In this document: in pieces, positions 49,083-59,099 of the stretch | Numbering within the stretch: position 1 is the first letter of the stretch | How the letters are laid out: each line of letters begins with the position of its first letter | Virus record (IMG/VR): IMGVR_UViG_2885633469_000002 | Location: 32,001 to 96,000 of that record | From: a virus | Taxonomy: Duplodnaviria > Caudoviricetes | DNA: 64,000 nucleotides | Direction: 5' to 3' (one strand) | The notes under the pieces: model-generated | The model's input: the letters and a program-made list of their open reading frames with translations, nothing else | Database searches by the model: none | What the model was told of the DNA's origin: nothing | Translations under genes and position numbers: made by a program

Positions 49083-51920
49083 TTATATATCATCCTCCTC
49101 AACTTGCACATTTTCTAATTCATAATATTCACCTTGCCAATATGTATTAGTTTTCTTATTTGTTACAACTGGTATATTTATTGAATGATTATTTTTCTTT
49201 AATAATCTATCAATGATTACATCCCCACACATATCCCATACAAATTGCTTATTTTGATTAGAGCCATAGCAAATATCTAATAATATATCACAAACCATAT
49301 CCTCATTGTTACATACTCCAAATATTTTTCTTTGATACTTATCAATTAATACTTGTCTATTATCTTCTGTGTTTTCTTCGTTTTCATCTGAGTTTTTTTG
49401 GGACATTTTATATAGCTTGGCTTCTTTTTTATATTCATTATAAATTTCATTAATTATCTCTTTATCTTTTTTTGAATACTTAGCATTCAATTTTAAAAAA
49501 TCATAATCAAAATTATTATTTTCTTGTCTAATGTTTGTTTCAATATCTTTAAATTTATCTTCTAATATCCAGCAAAGTCTGTTCATTAAACTTTTTTCTA
49601 TAGATACTGGCATCATTAAATTATAATATTTAATAAATTCTTCTTGATCTTCACTTTTATTTTCTTTTTTTATTAATTCATCCAATGTTAAACCAAATTT
49701 TATTAAACAGTTTGTATTATTATTTTCTATATATTTTTTGTATTTTCTCTTTAATTTTGAGTAGTTATATATAAAAAAATATGGTTTTTTATTACTTAAT
49801 AATTTTTGATTAAATTTCTTCCACTCTATAGTTTTTTCATCATCTTTTTCTTTTATAATTACACCATTTTTATCTACCTTGTATTCATAGTTTATCTTCA
49901 ACTCTTTATAATTGTACCAATGTGAAGGTACTTTTTTAGGTATGATTCCTTTTATTGAGTCAATTATCTCCTGCTGATATCCTTGCATACAAGCTATTCT
50001 ATATGACATTTCTTCATATTCTGGAGTATCTGCCTTAAATTTAACTAAAACATCATACATACCAGTACACTTGTTAGTTACATCACCAACATTATTACCA
50101 AATCCATTTTTATTTGCTTTTTTTAATAATGTTTTATTTATCTTTTTCTTTTCTGCTGATTTTTGTTCGCATATGATAGGTAATGTTTCTCTTGTGTTTG
50201 TTATTAATATTTCATTATCTGTAGTAATATTAGCGTCCCCGTCAAAATCCTCTCCATTCATAGTTTCAGCAGTACAATCCCAAGCATTAATTATTAAACA
50301 AGTTTTCATAAATCTATACCATTTTCTTGTATCTTCATTTTCAATTAAAGGCATTACCTTTATATTGTTATGTAATGTCATAGGAGCTCTATATGCTACA
50401 ATCTTATTTACATCTCTATCCAACCACGTTCTTGAATAAAATTCATTAGCTTTTAGTATCCCTGTAATCTTCATACCATACATATACTGACATAACGCAT
50501 ACAAATCCCCACTTACTATTTCATATGACCCTTGTACTTCTATTACTCCTTTTTTAGAATCATTTATTTTTTTTCTAATCATTCTATATACTTTTTGCTG
50601 TATAAAAGGGTCTTTTTTCATTCTTTTATCTATCATTAATGCTTTTAGATAATCATAATCTTCTTTTAAAAAATCTTCTTTCGTTAGTTTACAACCTTTC
50701 AAAAATAAAATCATTTTTAAATAATCTTCTGATAAAGCACCTTTTATTGAATCTACTGTTGGTTGTACTAAATCTTTGATCTCATTATCAGTTAGTTTGT
50801 ATGATTCTAAAAATTGATAATTCATATTTCTTGTTTTTTCTAAATATTCAGGTAGTATTTTAGCTACACAAAATTCAAAATCATTTTCCTTGCAACATTC
50901 AAGATAATGATCTATAGAATCATAAGCTTTCCAAAGTTTTAACATATTTGTTGTTAATATTATATCTACTTTTCTTATGTCTATCATATTGCCCCAAGCA
51001 TCTTCTACCATGTAGTTATGTGCTACATCCTCCGCAAACTCTAGAAACGGAAAAGTAAACAACATACCTTTACAAAAGGCATTACGAATATTAAAACCAC
51101 TAGGAGTATAAGTTGCTTCTTTTTCTTTTTTATCATTATATTTATAGCAACCCATATCAATCGCCCATTGCTTACTCAATTCTTCACTTATCATTCCACA
51201 ACCATCAGTAAATTGCCTATTAATTTTATAATTTTCTCTCTTGTTTAAGTCAAATCCTCCTTTTTCATTGTCAGATAATAACAACACATCCCTTTCTATT
51301 TCATGTTCCCCATCTTTTATAACTAACACTCCCTTTGGTTGTGTTACTGGTGTAGAACCACTAAATGCTAATGCCTTATATGCTTCAAATTTTGCAGGTA
51401 CATATTTTATTTTTTCATTTCTTCCATTATTTAACCTTTTATCTAATTCCTTATGTATATCCTCATCACAAAATAAGACTGTATCCTTTTTAACACCACC
51501 ACTTGTACCTATTGTCCTAATTCTATTAGTTTTATTTAATTTAATTCCTTTTTTAGAATTTGCCCTATTCCAATCTGCTATAGATTCAAAAACAATAGAA
51601 TTTAATTCTTTAACCAAAATTTTATCTTCTAATTCTTTATATTTTTGTTTAATTTTTTCTATGTTGGTTTTGGTTTTCCCCTTCTTTTTTAATTTTTTAA
51701 TCTCTAGTTTTAACCTATCTATTTCTTTTTCATCAACTTCTTGTCCAGTCATTTTTCTTATCATTCTTAAAGCTATACTATCATTAATAGATACTATCTC
51801 TTTATTTTTTTTAGCTGTTTCTACATCTAATTCTAAGTCCCAATTAAAATCTTTAAATCTGCTTGAAGCGTTTTTGTAAATTTGTCTTTGATTTATAATT
51901 GCTTTAGACATATCTTGCAT
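49083..51920 (-). CDS. yonO: YonO-like single-subunit phage RNA polymerase
   Basis: 945 aa; TDGCGMIS, IR..FCKGM, YRAP and catalytic DFDGD motifs. Confidence 0.88.
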   Translation of the reverse strand: MQDMSKAIINQRQIYKNASSRFKDFNWDLELDVETAKKNKEIVSINDSIALRMIRKMTGQEVDEKEIDRLKLEIKKLKKKGKTKTNIEKIKQKYKELEDKILVKELNSIVFESIADWNRANSKKGIKLNKTNRIRTIGTSGGVKKDTVLFCDEDIHKELDKRLNNGRNEKIKYVPAKFEAYKALAFSGSTPVTQPKGVLVIKDGEHEIERDVLLLSDNEKGGFDLNKRENYKINRQFTDGCGMISEELSKQWAIDMGCYKYNDKKEKEATYTPSGFNIRNAFCKGMLFTFPFLEFAEDVAHNYMVEDAWGNMIDIRKVDIILTTNMLKLWKAYDSIDHYLECCKENDFEFCVAKILPEYLEKTRNMNYQFLESYKLTDNEIKDLVQPTVDSIKGALSEDYLKMILFLKGCKLTKEDFLKEDYDYLKALMIDKRMKKDPFIQQKVYRMIRKKINDSKKGVIEVQGSYEIVSGDLYALCQYMYGMKITGILKANEFYSRTWLDRDVNKIVAYRAPMTLHNNIKVMPLIENEDTRKWYRFMKTCLIINAWDCTAETMNGEDFDGDANITTDNEILITNTRETLPIICEQKSAEKKKINKTLLKKANKNGFGNNVGDVTNKCTGMYDVLVKFKADTPEYEEMSYRIACMQGYQQEIIDSIKGIIPKKVPSHWYNYKELKINYEYKVDKNGVIIKEKDDEKTIEWKKFNQKLLSNKKPYFFIYNYSKLKRKYKKYIENNNTNCLIKFGLTLDELIKKENKSEDQEEFIKYYNLMMPVSIEKSLMNRLCWILEDKFKDIETNIRQENNNFDYDFLKLNAKYSKKDKEIINEIYNEYKKEAKLYKMSQKNSDENEENTEDNRQVLIDKYQRKIFGVCNNEDMVCDILLDICYGSNQNKQFVWDMCGDVIIDRLLKKNNHSINIPVVTNKKTNTYWQGEYYELENVQVEEDDI

Positions 51921-51951
51921 AATTCCCTCCTAAATTATCTTATTTATATAT

Positions 51952-52905
51952 TTAAACAAAAGGTGCAAAAAATATTTCATTATAAATTATTTGAAATAAT
52001 GCTTTATCTTTAAACATTAAAATTCCCCATACAATATCATATAAATGTATTTTTACTCGTCTTAAAGTTTTATCATCGTGAGTATTAAATTTTATATGTA
52101 TATAATTATTTTTAATAACATAGTTCTTAATTATTACTGGTACTTGCACAGATGGATTATGATTTAGACTTTTCATGAACCATAATATGTTTTTAGTTAC
52201 TTTTATTAATTCATTATAATAATCTATATTATCAAACATTAATTTTAAAAATTTATCTGAATTAAAATTAATACAAATAAAATCAACTTCTGATTTCCAA
52301 TTTAAAAAGTCACTAAATTCCTTATTACTTTTTGCTATATCATTGGCAATCAACTCTGTAAATAAAACTATTTCTTCATTTTGTGTTTTTAATTCAAAAC
52401 CTGTTAAATCTTCTGTTTGTATATCAATAGATTTAAAATACTCCTTATTTAATTTTTCGTTATCTTTATATTCAATATAATTTTTATATAACTCTTTTAG
52501 TTCTTTCAAAGTTTTTGTTTTTAAATTTTCAATATCATATTCTTCTTCATTGTCCATATCATCCATTGCACATTTAACATCATGTAAATATTGAAGTTTT
52601 CTAAATAAATCATTCCAACTACCTTCTGGAAACGTTGCTCCTTCTCCTCCGTTTGTTAAATTACATTTACATTGATTAATATTTCTATATTTTTCTATTA
52701 ATTCTATTTCATAATTAAAGGCTTCTTTTTCTGTTAAATTTTCTTTTACTTTTCTTACACTACATTCGTACTTATTATAATAATTTTTAAAATATTGATT
52801 TCTTTTAGTCGTGTTTTTATATCTTTTATTTTTACCTTTTCCTACATAGAATACTTCTTTACTATCCATATTGTACCACTCATAAACATAAAAATTATTA
52901 TCCAT
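51952..52905 (-). CDS. Protein with N-terminal GIY-YIG-like domain
   Basis: FYVYEW..FYVGKG..R..E..NLTNGGEG. Confidence 0.7.
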   Translation of the reverse strand: MDNNFYVYEWYNMDSKEVFYVGKGKNKRYKNTTKRNQYFKNYYNKYECSVRKVKENLTEKEAFNYEIELIEKYRNINQCKCNLTNGGEGATFPEGSWNDLFRKLQYLHDVKCAMDDMDNEEEYDIENLKTKTLKELKELYKNYIEYKDNEKLNKEYFKSIDIQTEDLTGFELKTQNEEIVLFTELIANDIAKSNKEFSDFLNWKSEVDFICINFNSDKFLKLMFDNIDYYNELIKVTKNILWFMKSLNHNPSVQVPVIIKNYVIKNNYIHIKFNTHDDKTLRRVKIHLYDIVWGILMFKDKALFQIIYNEIFFAPFV

Positions 52906-52945
52906 TCAGCCCCTCCTTAATTATTAAATTATTTTATCTTTGTTT

Positions 52946-53104
52946 TTAATCACTAGAAAAAGGTCTATTTCTATCACAAGATATTGAAATTTCATTTTCT
53001 TCAACTTTAATTTTTATATTACTCCAACCTTTGCCTTCTCTAAATATCATCATTTTGTCTAAATCATTCCTATTTACTCTTTCTAAAAAATCTTTTAAAG
53101 TCAT
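52946..53104 (-). CDS. 52-aa hypothetical protein (absent from ORF track)
   Basis: MTLKDFLERVNRNDLDKMMIFREGKGWSNI...; AAGGAAGTG RBS. Confidence 0.5.
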   Translation of the reverse strand: MTLKDFLERVNRNDLDKMMIFREGKGWSNIKIKVEENEISISCDRNRPFSSD

Positions 53105-53369
53105 ATTACATCACTTCCTTCCTCAACGGTACTTTGGTTAAAAAAATGCTTTAAAATGAAATTAAACCATAAAATGAACAACTATAAATAAAAACACTAT
53201 ATCTTCATTTAAACCCATTTTTAGTAACCAATTCAAGGCGTTTGTAGAGGTTTTAATATTATATATTTTTGTGATTCTGGGATAGTTTTTGTTTTAAAAA
53301 ATTATATCCGCATTAGTTTAAATAAAATACTTGATTTATTATATTTATTAAATTGTTTTATATTGTAAA

Positions 53370-53555
53370 TTATTTATAAAAAACTTTTAATTCTTCTGCA
53401 TTAATGCAATCAATCATAACAACTTCTTTTTCATATAGTTTTAATTTTATTTCTTCTTTTACTTCACTCAAATTATCATAATGATTGTCAAATTCTTGGA
53501 AACATAATATTACCATTCCCTTATTAATTATATTTAATAAATCTTTTATTTTCAT
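53370..53555 (-). CDS. Small hypothetical protein
   Basis: 61 aa ORF. Confidence 0.45.
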   Translation of the reverse strand: MKIKDLLNIINKGMVILCFQEFDNHYDNLSEVKEEIKLKLYEKEVVMIDCINAEELKVFYK

Positions 53556-53610
53556 TCCTATATGCCTTTCATAATAGGTTTTAAATCGTACAATATATTT
53601 GTATTATAAA

Positions 53611-54369
53611 CTAACTTGCTAATCTTGAATTGGTAATTTCAACTGCTCTTTCATTAGCATCACATCCTATATAATTCCTTTTACCGTTTTTGGCACTTTC
53701 AATCATACTTCCACTACCACAGAAAAAATCACCGATTAAATCTTCTTCATTTGTGTATAAATCCCTTATTCTGTCCATTAATTTTAAAGGTTTCTGTGTT
53801 GCATAATCCAATCTTTCACTTGATGTTCTTCCTACCATTGGTATGTTCCAAATACATCTCATACCCACTAGCGTGTACCATCTTCCACATTTATCTTGAT
53901 ATTCTTCCACACCTTTAAACCTATAAGGTTTATAATCTCTGTTGTAGCTTATCTCTGTCATATAATTAAACTTTTGCTTTTTAGGATTTTTAGCATAAAT
54001 TATTATTTCATCATTTTTTTGTGATAATTTATGCTTACTACTTCCACCACTTGAATATTGCCATTGAACCACATTTATACAGTTTTTATATCCAAAGTAA
54101 ATATCACATATATCCCTAATCCAATGAGATATCCTATAATCCATTTGTAAAGCCAACGTTCCAGTTTCTTTTAAAAGCCTTTGTATTTCCTTTATTCTAG
54201 GTATATAAAAATTGTATACTTCATCTTTATTATAAGACAAGTCTTTATAATCTTTGAAGTTTCTGCCAGTAGCATATAAAATATCCCCATATATGAGGTC
54301 TATAGATTCATTAGATAACTGTTTCATGAAATCTAAATTATCCATACAAACTACTTTGTTTATTTCCAT
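53611..54369 (-). CDS. N4/N6 DNA methyltransferase (beta class) with atypical motif IV
   Basis: IDLIYGDILY in place of DPPY; YATQKP and DFFCGSGS motifs. Confidence 0.85.
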   Translation of the reverse strand: MEINKVVCMDNLDFMKQLSNESIDLIYGDILYATGRNFKDYKDLSYNKDEVYNFYIPRIKEIQRLLKETGTLALQMDYRISHWIRDICDIYFGYKNCINVVQWQYSSGGSSKHKLSQKNDEIIIYAKNPKKQKFNYMTEISYNRDYKPYRFKGVEEYQDKCGRWYTLVGMRCIWNIPMVGRTSSERLDYATQKPLKLMDRIRDLYTNEEDLIGDFFCGSGSMIESAKNGKRNYIGCDANERAVEITNSRLAS

Positions 54370-54390
54370 ATAAAATCCCCCTTAATTAAT

Positions 54391-54911
54391 ATTCTGATAG
54401 GTAAGGCTTTGAAGTTATCTCCACCTTTTCCCCCAGTTAACACCGGACATGAGAGTTTCCAACTCATCCGGCGTCCCATCAATACTTACTTATTTACTAT
54501 ATTTCACAATTTCCAACCATTTTACGAAATCTATTTAACTTACTAATTTGGTCTTTATTAAGCTTAGCTATATTTTTATATTTTTCTATGGTTTCTGTTA
54601 CTGTAGCATGTATTAGTTTGTGTATAGTATTACTAACAACTATTAAGTTTTTATATTTATCTGTTCCACCTTTCCCCTTCGGGATTTTATGGTGTATCTC
54701 TATTTCTCCATGCTCTAGTACTTTGCCTGTTATTCCACATTTCCCATTTTGACTTATATATAGTGAAATTCTATTATCATTAAACTCTGTTGTAGCACCC
54801 TTAACAGGGTTTTCGGTAATATATTTTAGTAATTTCACATTATATTTATTTAAATTTTCATGTATTTTATTTCTGCCTTCCACAGTATAATTATTTACAC
54901 CCTTTGGAAAA
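54391..54911 (-). mobile_element. 3' remnant of a bacterial class B group II intron (HNH end of IEP plus domains V and VI)
   Basis: D5 gacgccggatgagttggaaactctcatgtccggtgtt; D6 ending ...ccttacctatcagaat; ORF fragment NDNRISLY..QNGKC..HHKIP..GGTDKYKNL; RT domain and 5' end missing. Confidence 0.85.
54497..54911 (-). pseudogene. Truncated intron-encoded protein (HNH endonuclease domain only)
   Basis: The N-terminal part of the listed ORF 54497-54997 comes from the IS right end; the HNH-like part begins at the junction. Confidence 0.75.
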
Positions 54912-55145
54912 GTGAACCTCACATGGCTGAAGCCACGTGCTTCCCTCATTACTTTAGGATTTCCTGCTTCCACGACCTCGTAACCTACTATCTCCACAGG
55001 CGTTAATTCCCGTAGTTCCTACGGTACTTTATTTATAGCTTTATATTAGCTAACTTTTTCTAATTAAGTATATTTATTCTAATTTTATATTAACATATGT
55101 CGCCACTAACTCATAACTGAAGTCACGAGTATGCGTGGCGATTCT
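54912..55145 (-). mobile_element. Non-autonomous mini IS200/IS605 element retaining left-end hairpin and TnpB omegaRNA/right end
   Basis: Left hairpin 55100-55141; TACCGTAGGAACTACGGGAATTAACGCCTGTGGAGAT...GAAGCAGGAA...hairpin-GGTTCAC ending at 54912; no tnpA or tnpB; left boundary approximate. Confidence 0.75.
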
Positions 55146-55477
55146 TCAATTAAATCTATAATTATTTTTATTTCATCTATTGTATCTGTGTATGTCCACA
55201 ATACATCATCTAAACATTTATCTCCTACGAATATTCTCCACAGAGAACCTCCTAAATCGTTTTTATATTCTAGTAGACCTTTGCTATTAAATATTTCTTT
55301 TCTGCCATCTAACAGTCTTATATGTACAATTTCACCCAAATTTTGATTTAATATATCTGTTATATAATAATTTTTTAAATCCTCTTTTTTAGATTCTAAT
55401 ATTCTGTAATTGCATAGCTTAGAATCTCCTTTAAACTCCCCTATTATTTGTCCTTTAACTTTTAATAAATTTTTCAT
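55106..55477 (-). CDS. Hypothetical protein whose C-terminus reads into the IS left end
   Basis: AAGGGG RBS; last residues and stop fall inside the hairpin. Confidence 0.5.
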   Translation of the reverse strand: MKNLLKVKGQIIGEFKGDSKLCNYRILESKKEDLKNYYITDILNQNLGEIVHIRLLDGRKEIFNSKGLLEYKNDLGGSLWRIFVGDKCLDDVLWTYTDTIDEIKIIIDLIEESPRILVTSVMS

Positions 55478-55612
55478 AATTATATCCCCTTTCAAATTTT
55501 AAAGTTTTGTTTATTAATTGTTTTTAATTTACTTTTGAATGAAATATACCTTTTTTTATTTATCTTTGATTATTGCTATTAAATTTTTGCACTACCTATA
55601 AAATTTGAATAT

Positions 55613-55954
55613 CTAAGCCTTACTTTTATATTTATTTTTTGGTTTAATATCTTTTCCTTTTATTACTGGTGGAAATATTTTTAATACCTTTTCTAAATCT
55701 TTTTCATGAAATTTTATTTGTGTCTCTAAGCTGGTGTTAAAATAATCTATTATTTTGATTCCTTTTAACTTGTCCATAGTTTTAGTCCTTTGCGTTACAA
55801 ACGGAGTATACAACATCAATATTTCTTCTGTAGCCCTATAAATTTAAATTCCACGATAACATTTAATATATGTATTATCTCCATTATTAATTGCTTTGCT
55901 AGTTTCTACATCTCTTTCACATAGGACTCTGTATTTTCCAATATATTTTTTTAT
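55613..55954 (-). pseudogene. Phage gene with internal TAA (55844-55846) and ATA at the expected start
   Basis: AGGAGGAG RBS, then IKKYIGKYRVLC...CYRGI*IYRATEE in frame with ORF 55613-55819. Confidence 0.6.
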
Positions 55955-56000
55955 ATCAATCTCCTCCTATTTAATCATGTTTTTATTTTACTAAATTATT

Positions 56001-56840
56001 TTATATTAAACTTTCTAATTTTTTAGTTAAAAATTTTCTTCTATCTTCATAGTTAAATTCATTTTGTATTTCTATTAAATCTGAATCATACTGTTCTAAT
56101 ATATGTACTAATTCTAACTCTTTTTCACTAAAACTATTTCTAATGGGGAAATGTTTAGCAAAACCTTTTCTTTTTCTATATTCTTTAGCTGACATTCCAA
56201 TAATGACTTCATTTAATAAACAAAACTCAGCTATGAATTGATTATTATGCATATATTGGGGAATTGTTTTTATTACCTCTTTTTTATATTTTATTAAAGC
56301 ACCTTTTAAAGTTTTGCATTTTATAAGAGTATTTTCTCTATCTAAATTCCATTCATATCTATTTTTAAAGGCTTTTTCTATGTATATAAAGTATTTTCTA
56401 GCAATTTTACTTTTTTCTTTTAATTCTTTACCTGTTCGTCCACCTTTTGCTCCTGCAACCATAGATATTTCTTTTGCTATTTCTATAATCATAAAATATT
56501 CTTTATTATAACCTAAAGCTACCATTCTATTGGAATTACTAGCGTCCCCTTTGAAGGTGTCGCTTCCTTTTATCCATTTTATATTATATTCTTCGTCTTC
56601 TTCTAAGTCCAAATCTTCTATCTGTTGTTTTATCCATGTTGTAAAATCTCTACCTACTCCTAACTCATTATGTATAGTTCTTGCATTGATCCAATTTTGA
56701 TTTTCTCCTTGTAACACAGGTAATTTTTCTTGATACTCTAAAATCATATTTATCTCTTTATCTTCTAAAGCATATAATTTTAATTCATCTTTGGTTAGTT
56801 TACCTTTTTTTAAATTTTTGCTTGTTTTTGTTTTTTTCAT
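56001..56840 (-). CDS. Second AntA/AntB-type antirepressor
   Basis: INARTIHNELGVGRDFTTWIK, IAKEISM, ARKYFIYIE motifs. Confidence 0.85.
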   Translation of the reverse strand: MKKTKTSKNLKKGKLTKDELKLYALEDKEINMILEYQEKLPVLQGENQNWINARTIHNELGVGRDFTTWIKQQIEDLDLEEDEEYNIKWIKGSDTFKGDASNSNRMVALGYNKEYFMIIEIAKEISMVAGAKGGRTGKELKEKSKIARKYFIYIEKAFKNRYEWNLDRENTLIKCKTLKGALIKYKKEVIKTIPQYMHNNQFIAEFCLLNEVIIGMSAKEYRKRKGFAKHFPIRNSFSEKELELVHILEQYDSDLIEIQNEFNYEDRRKFLTKKLESLI

Positions 56841-56919
56841 TCTATCATTTCCTTTCATTCTTAAATTATTTTACGGTACTAATTCTATTATTTAATTCCC
56901 TTATCGTTGCCACGCTTAT

Positions 56920-56948
56920 ATATTATCAAATTGTTTTATATTAGTCAA
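56920..56948 (-). promoter_or_regulatory. SigA-like promoter of the antirepressor gene
   Basis: TTGACT-17-TAATAT with extended TG and AAAACAATTT in the spacer. Confidence 0.6.
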
Positions 56949-57029
56949 GCCTTATTATGAAAAACTTTCTATTTTACAATAAAATTGTACATTTATATTC
57001 TTAAATTGTTTTAAATTCACTGTAAGTTA

Positions 57030-57875
57030 TTAAAGTTTATCATATATTTTTTTTATTTGCCTTGCTCCAGTAGTATCTCCTACTTTCTCTAAATGATTAA
57101 ATTTCTGTTTTAAACTTCTTTTTTTATTACTTTTTTTCTTTCCTGAAGTTGTTTGTGATTTTAGATTATTATCTTCTTTAAATCTTTTTGCATATTCTTT
57201 TAAACAATCTCTATCTTCATATCTACAATAGTAATTAACATCTTGTTTTACTTTACCCCTAACAATTCTGTATCCCCCATTAATATAGTCTATTAATTGT
57301 AATTCTTTTAAAATAGCATTATAAGACATTATTGCTTTTATACCTATTCCCACATCATACTCAATTTTATCAAACGAAGGATAACAAATTTTATTTTCCT
57401 TATTCATTCTCATAATTAGGTAACAAAAATATCCTATTAATTTAAATTTATCTGTGTTCTTTTTGCCTTTACAATATTCTAATATCTTTCTGATTTCATC
57501 GTCATACACTATAAAAAAACTATTATCAAATACATAATTTAATTGTACATAATATATTTCTCCTTTTTTTAATTTGCTTATGTCTGTAATTTCTTTCTCT
57601 AAATAAAAATCTTGATAATATTCAAAAATATCCATCTCTTTTAATTCAATTAAACAATTTCTTATTTTTTCTATCATTTTTGTTTGAGTTCTATTTACAT
57701 ATAAAATGTCTAACAATTGATTAATTGAAAAACTACAATGATTTCTTATTGTTATAGTTTGTGAAATTAATATGTATATAATCAAAGATTCATTAGATAA
57801 AATATAATTGTCCTTTGAATTTTTATTATCTAATATCATATAATTAGATATTTGTATAAACCAATCTTTATCCAT
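57030..57875 (-). CDS. Putative replication initiator (winged-helix)
   Basis: ICYPSFDKI..GIG..YNAILKELQLI HTH motif; near partition locus; direct repeats upstream. Confidence 0.5.
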   Translation of the reverse strand: MDKDWFIQISNYMILDNKNSKDNYILSNESLIIYILISQTITIRNHCSFSINQLLDILYVNRTQTKMIEKIRNCLIELKEMDIFEYYQDFYLEKEITDISKLKKGEIYYVQLNYVFDNSFFIVYDDEIRKILEYCKGKKNTDKFKLIGYFCYLIMRMNKENKICYPSFDKIEYDVGIGIKAIMSYNAILKELQLIDYINGGYRIVRGKVKQDVNYYCRYEDRDCLKEYAKRFKEDNNLKSQTTSGKKKSNKKRSLKQKFNHLEKVGDTTGARQIKKIYDKL

Positions 57876-58038
57876 TAATGCACTCCTCCTTTCTATATTT
57901 ATATCTTTTAACATTTACACTCTTTCCTTTGTAACTAGGAAAAACATTACATAGATATGTTATACTTATATTGGTAAATAGAATTTTATTTACATCGTAG
58001 AGTCTGAGTAACTAAAATTTGGACACTAAAGAGAGTGA

Positions 58039-58073
58039 AACAATATATACTAATATAACAATATATACTAATA
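58039..58073. repeat. 17-bp direct repeat, iteron candidate
   Basis: aacaatatatactaata at 58039-58055 and 58057-58073. Confidence 0.5.
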
Positions 58074-58173
58074 AGTTAATAAGATAGACTTATAAAGAAA
58101 CAAAACCTTCGTACCTCAGTTTTTGTTTCTTATACTTTATTATTTTTTTATTTTTCGTTTCCTTTATGTTTTT

Positions 58174-58202
58174 ATCTTACCAAATTATTTTATATTAGTC
58201 AA
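58174..58202 (-). promoter_or_regulatory. SigA-like promoter upstream of the Rep-like gene
   Basis: TTGACT-17-TAAGAT with extended TG and AAAATAATTT in the spacer. Confidence 0.55.
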
Positions 58203-58370
58203 CTATTATTTTTAGATTTTATTAAATTATTTTATATATTTTTAAAACTCTTTCTAAACTATTTTAAAGCATATTATCTTTTGCTAGTCTTATTATACCT
58301 ATTTATTTTTATTCCTCTTTATATCCCCTCTCATAAAGTTCTAAATTTATAATTTTAGGTATAAGGAAGA

Positions 58371-59099
58371 TTATCTTCCAAATAACCTTCCCAAAAATGA
58401 TTTTTTCTTTTTTGCTTCCAATTCTTCTTGTTGCTTTTTTCTTTCCTGTAAATTATGTTTTAACATATCAATCATTTCTATATCTCTTGAAGTAGCTTGT
58501 CTCTCTTTATCATCTACATAAGATTTGAATTCTGAAATAGATTGGTCTAACTTTTCAGATATTATCTCATCTACTGTCAATGCTATAGTTTCATTAAGTT
58601 TATCGTTCATTTCTTGCTTAATTACAATTCCTTTATTTTGTTTTTCATCAATTTTACTTAATAACTCATTTGAAAAACAATTTAATTTCCTATCTATTTC
58701 TACTGATAAAGCTGAGATTATAGTCTGAATGGCTAATGGATTACTAGAATCTACTACACTTTGTTCTATTTCATTTATATCAAAACCTTTTGAACTACAA
58801 TAATCTGACACTTGTTTCAAAGTTAATCCATCCTCTTTAGTTAATTTTTTTATAAATTTTAATTTTTCTATGTCTATTTTTCTATATCGTTTATTTTCTA
58901 CATCTAATAAATCTTTAAACACTCTAGTCCAATATGTTATTGTTGATTTTGGTAAGCCTACCTTTTGTGCAACCTGAGAAGTTGTGTAAAAAAAAGGTTC
59001 CCCTCTAATAACTTTTGTTTTTGAATCTTTATTTTCTATTTCATCATCTACATCAAAAAATTCAGCATCAACTACTTTATCTTCACTAAAATTTTTCAT
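58371..59099 (-). CDS. tubY: TubY-like MerR-family partition regulator
   Basis: MerR-like HTH (YTTSQVAQKVGLPKSTITYW), coiled coil, C-terminal amphipathic KKKSFLGRLFGR; divergent from tubRZ. Confidence 0.75.
   Translation of the reverse strand: MKNFSEDKVVDAEFFDVDDEIENKDSKTKVIRGEPFFYTTSQVAQKVGLPKSTITYWTRVFKDLLDVENKRYRKIDIEKLKFIKKLTKEDGLTLKQVSDYCSSKGFDINEIEQSVVDSSNPLAIQTIISALSVEIDRKLNCFSNELLSKIDEKQNKGIVIKQEMNDKLNETIALTVDEIISEKLDQSISEFKSYVDDKERQATSRDIEMIDMLKHNLQERKKQQEELEAKKKKSFLGRLFGR

Noticed and set aside
54497-54997. Stand-alone HNH homing endonuclease gene
   Set aside because: It is a chimera of IS right-end sequence and a truncated group II intron ORF, with no convincing RBS.
54391-55030. 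Retron, DGR or IStron
   Set aside because: No reverse transcriptase, template/variable repeat pair or group I intron core is visible in the window.
2389-58728. Many plus-strand ORFs of 60-210 aa opposite the phage genes
   Set aside because: They are mostly antisense shadows rich in Phe/Ser/Leu/Ile that overlap well-supported minus-strand genes, with no recognisable motifs.
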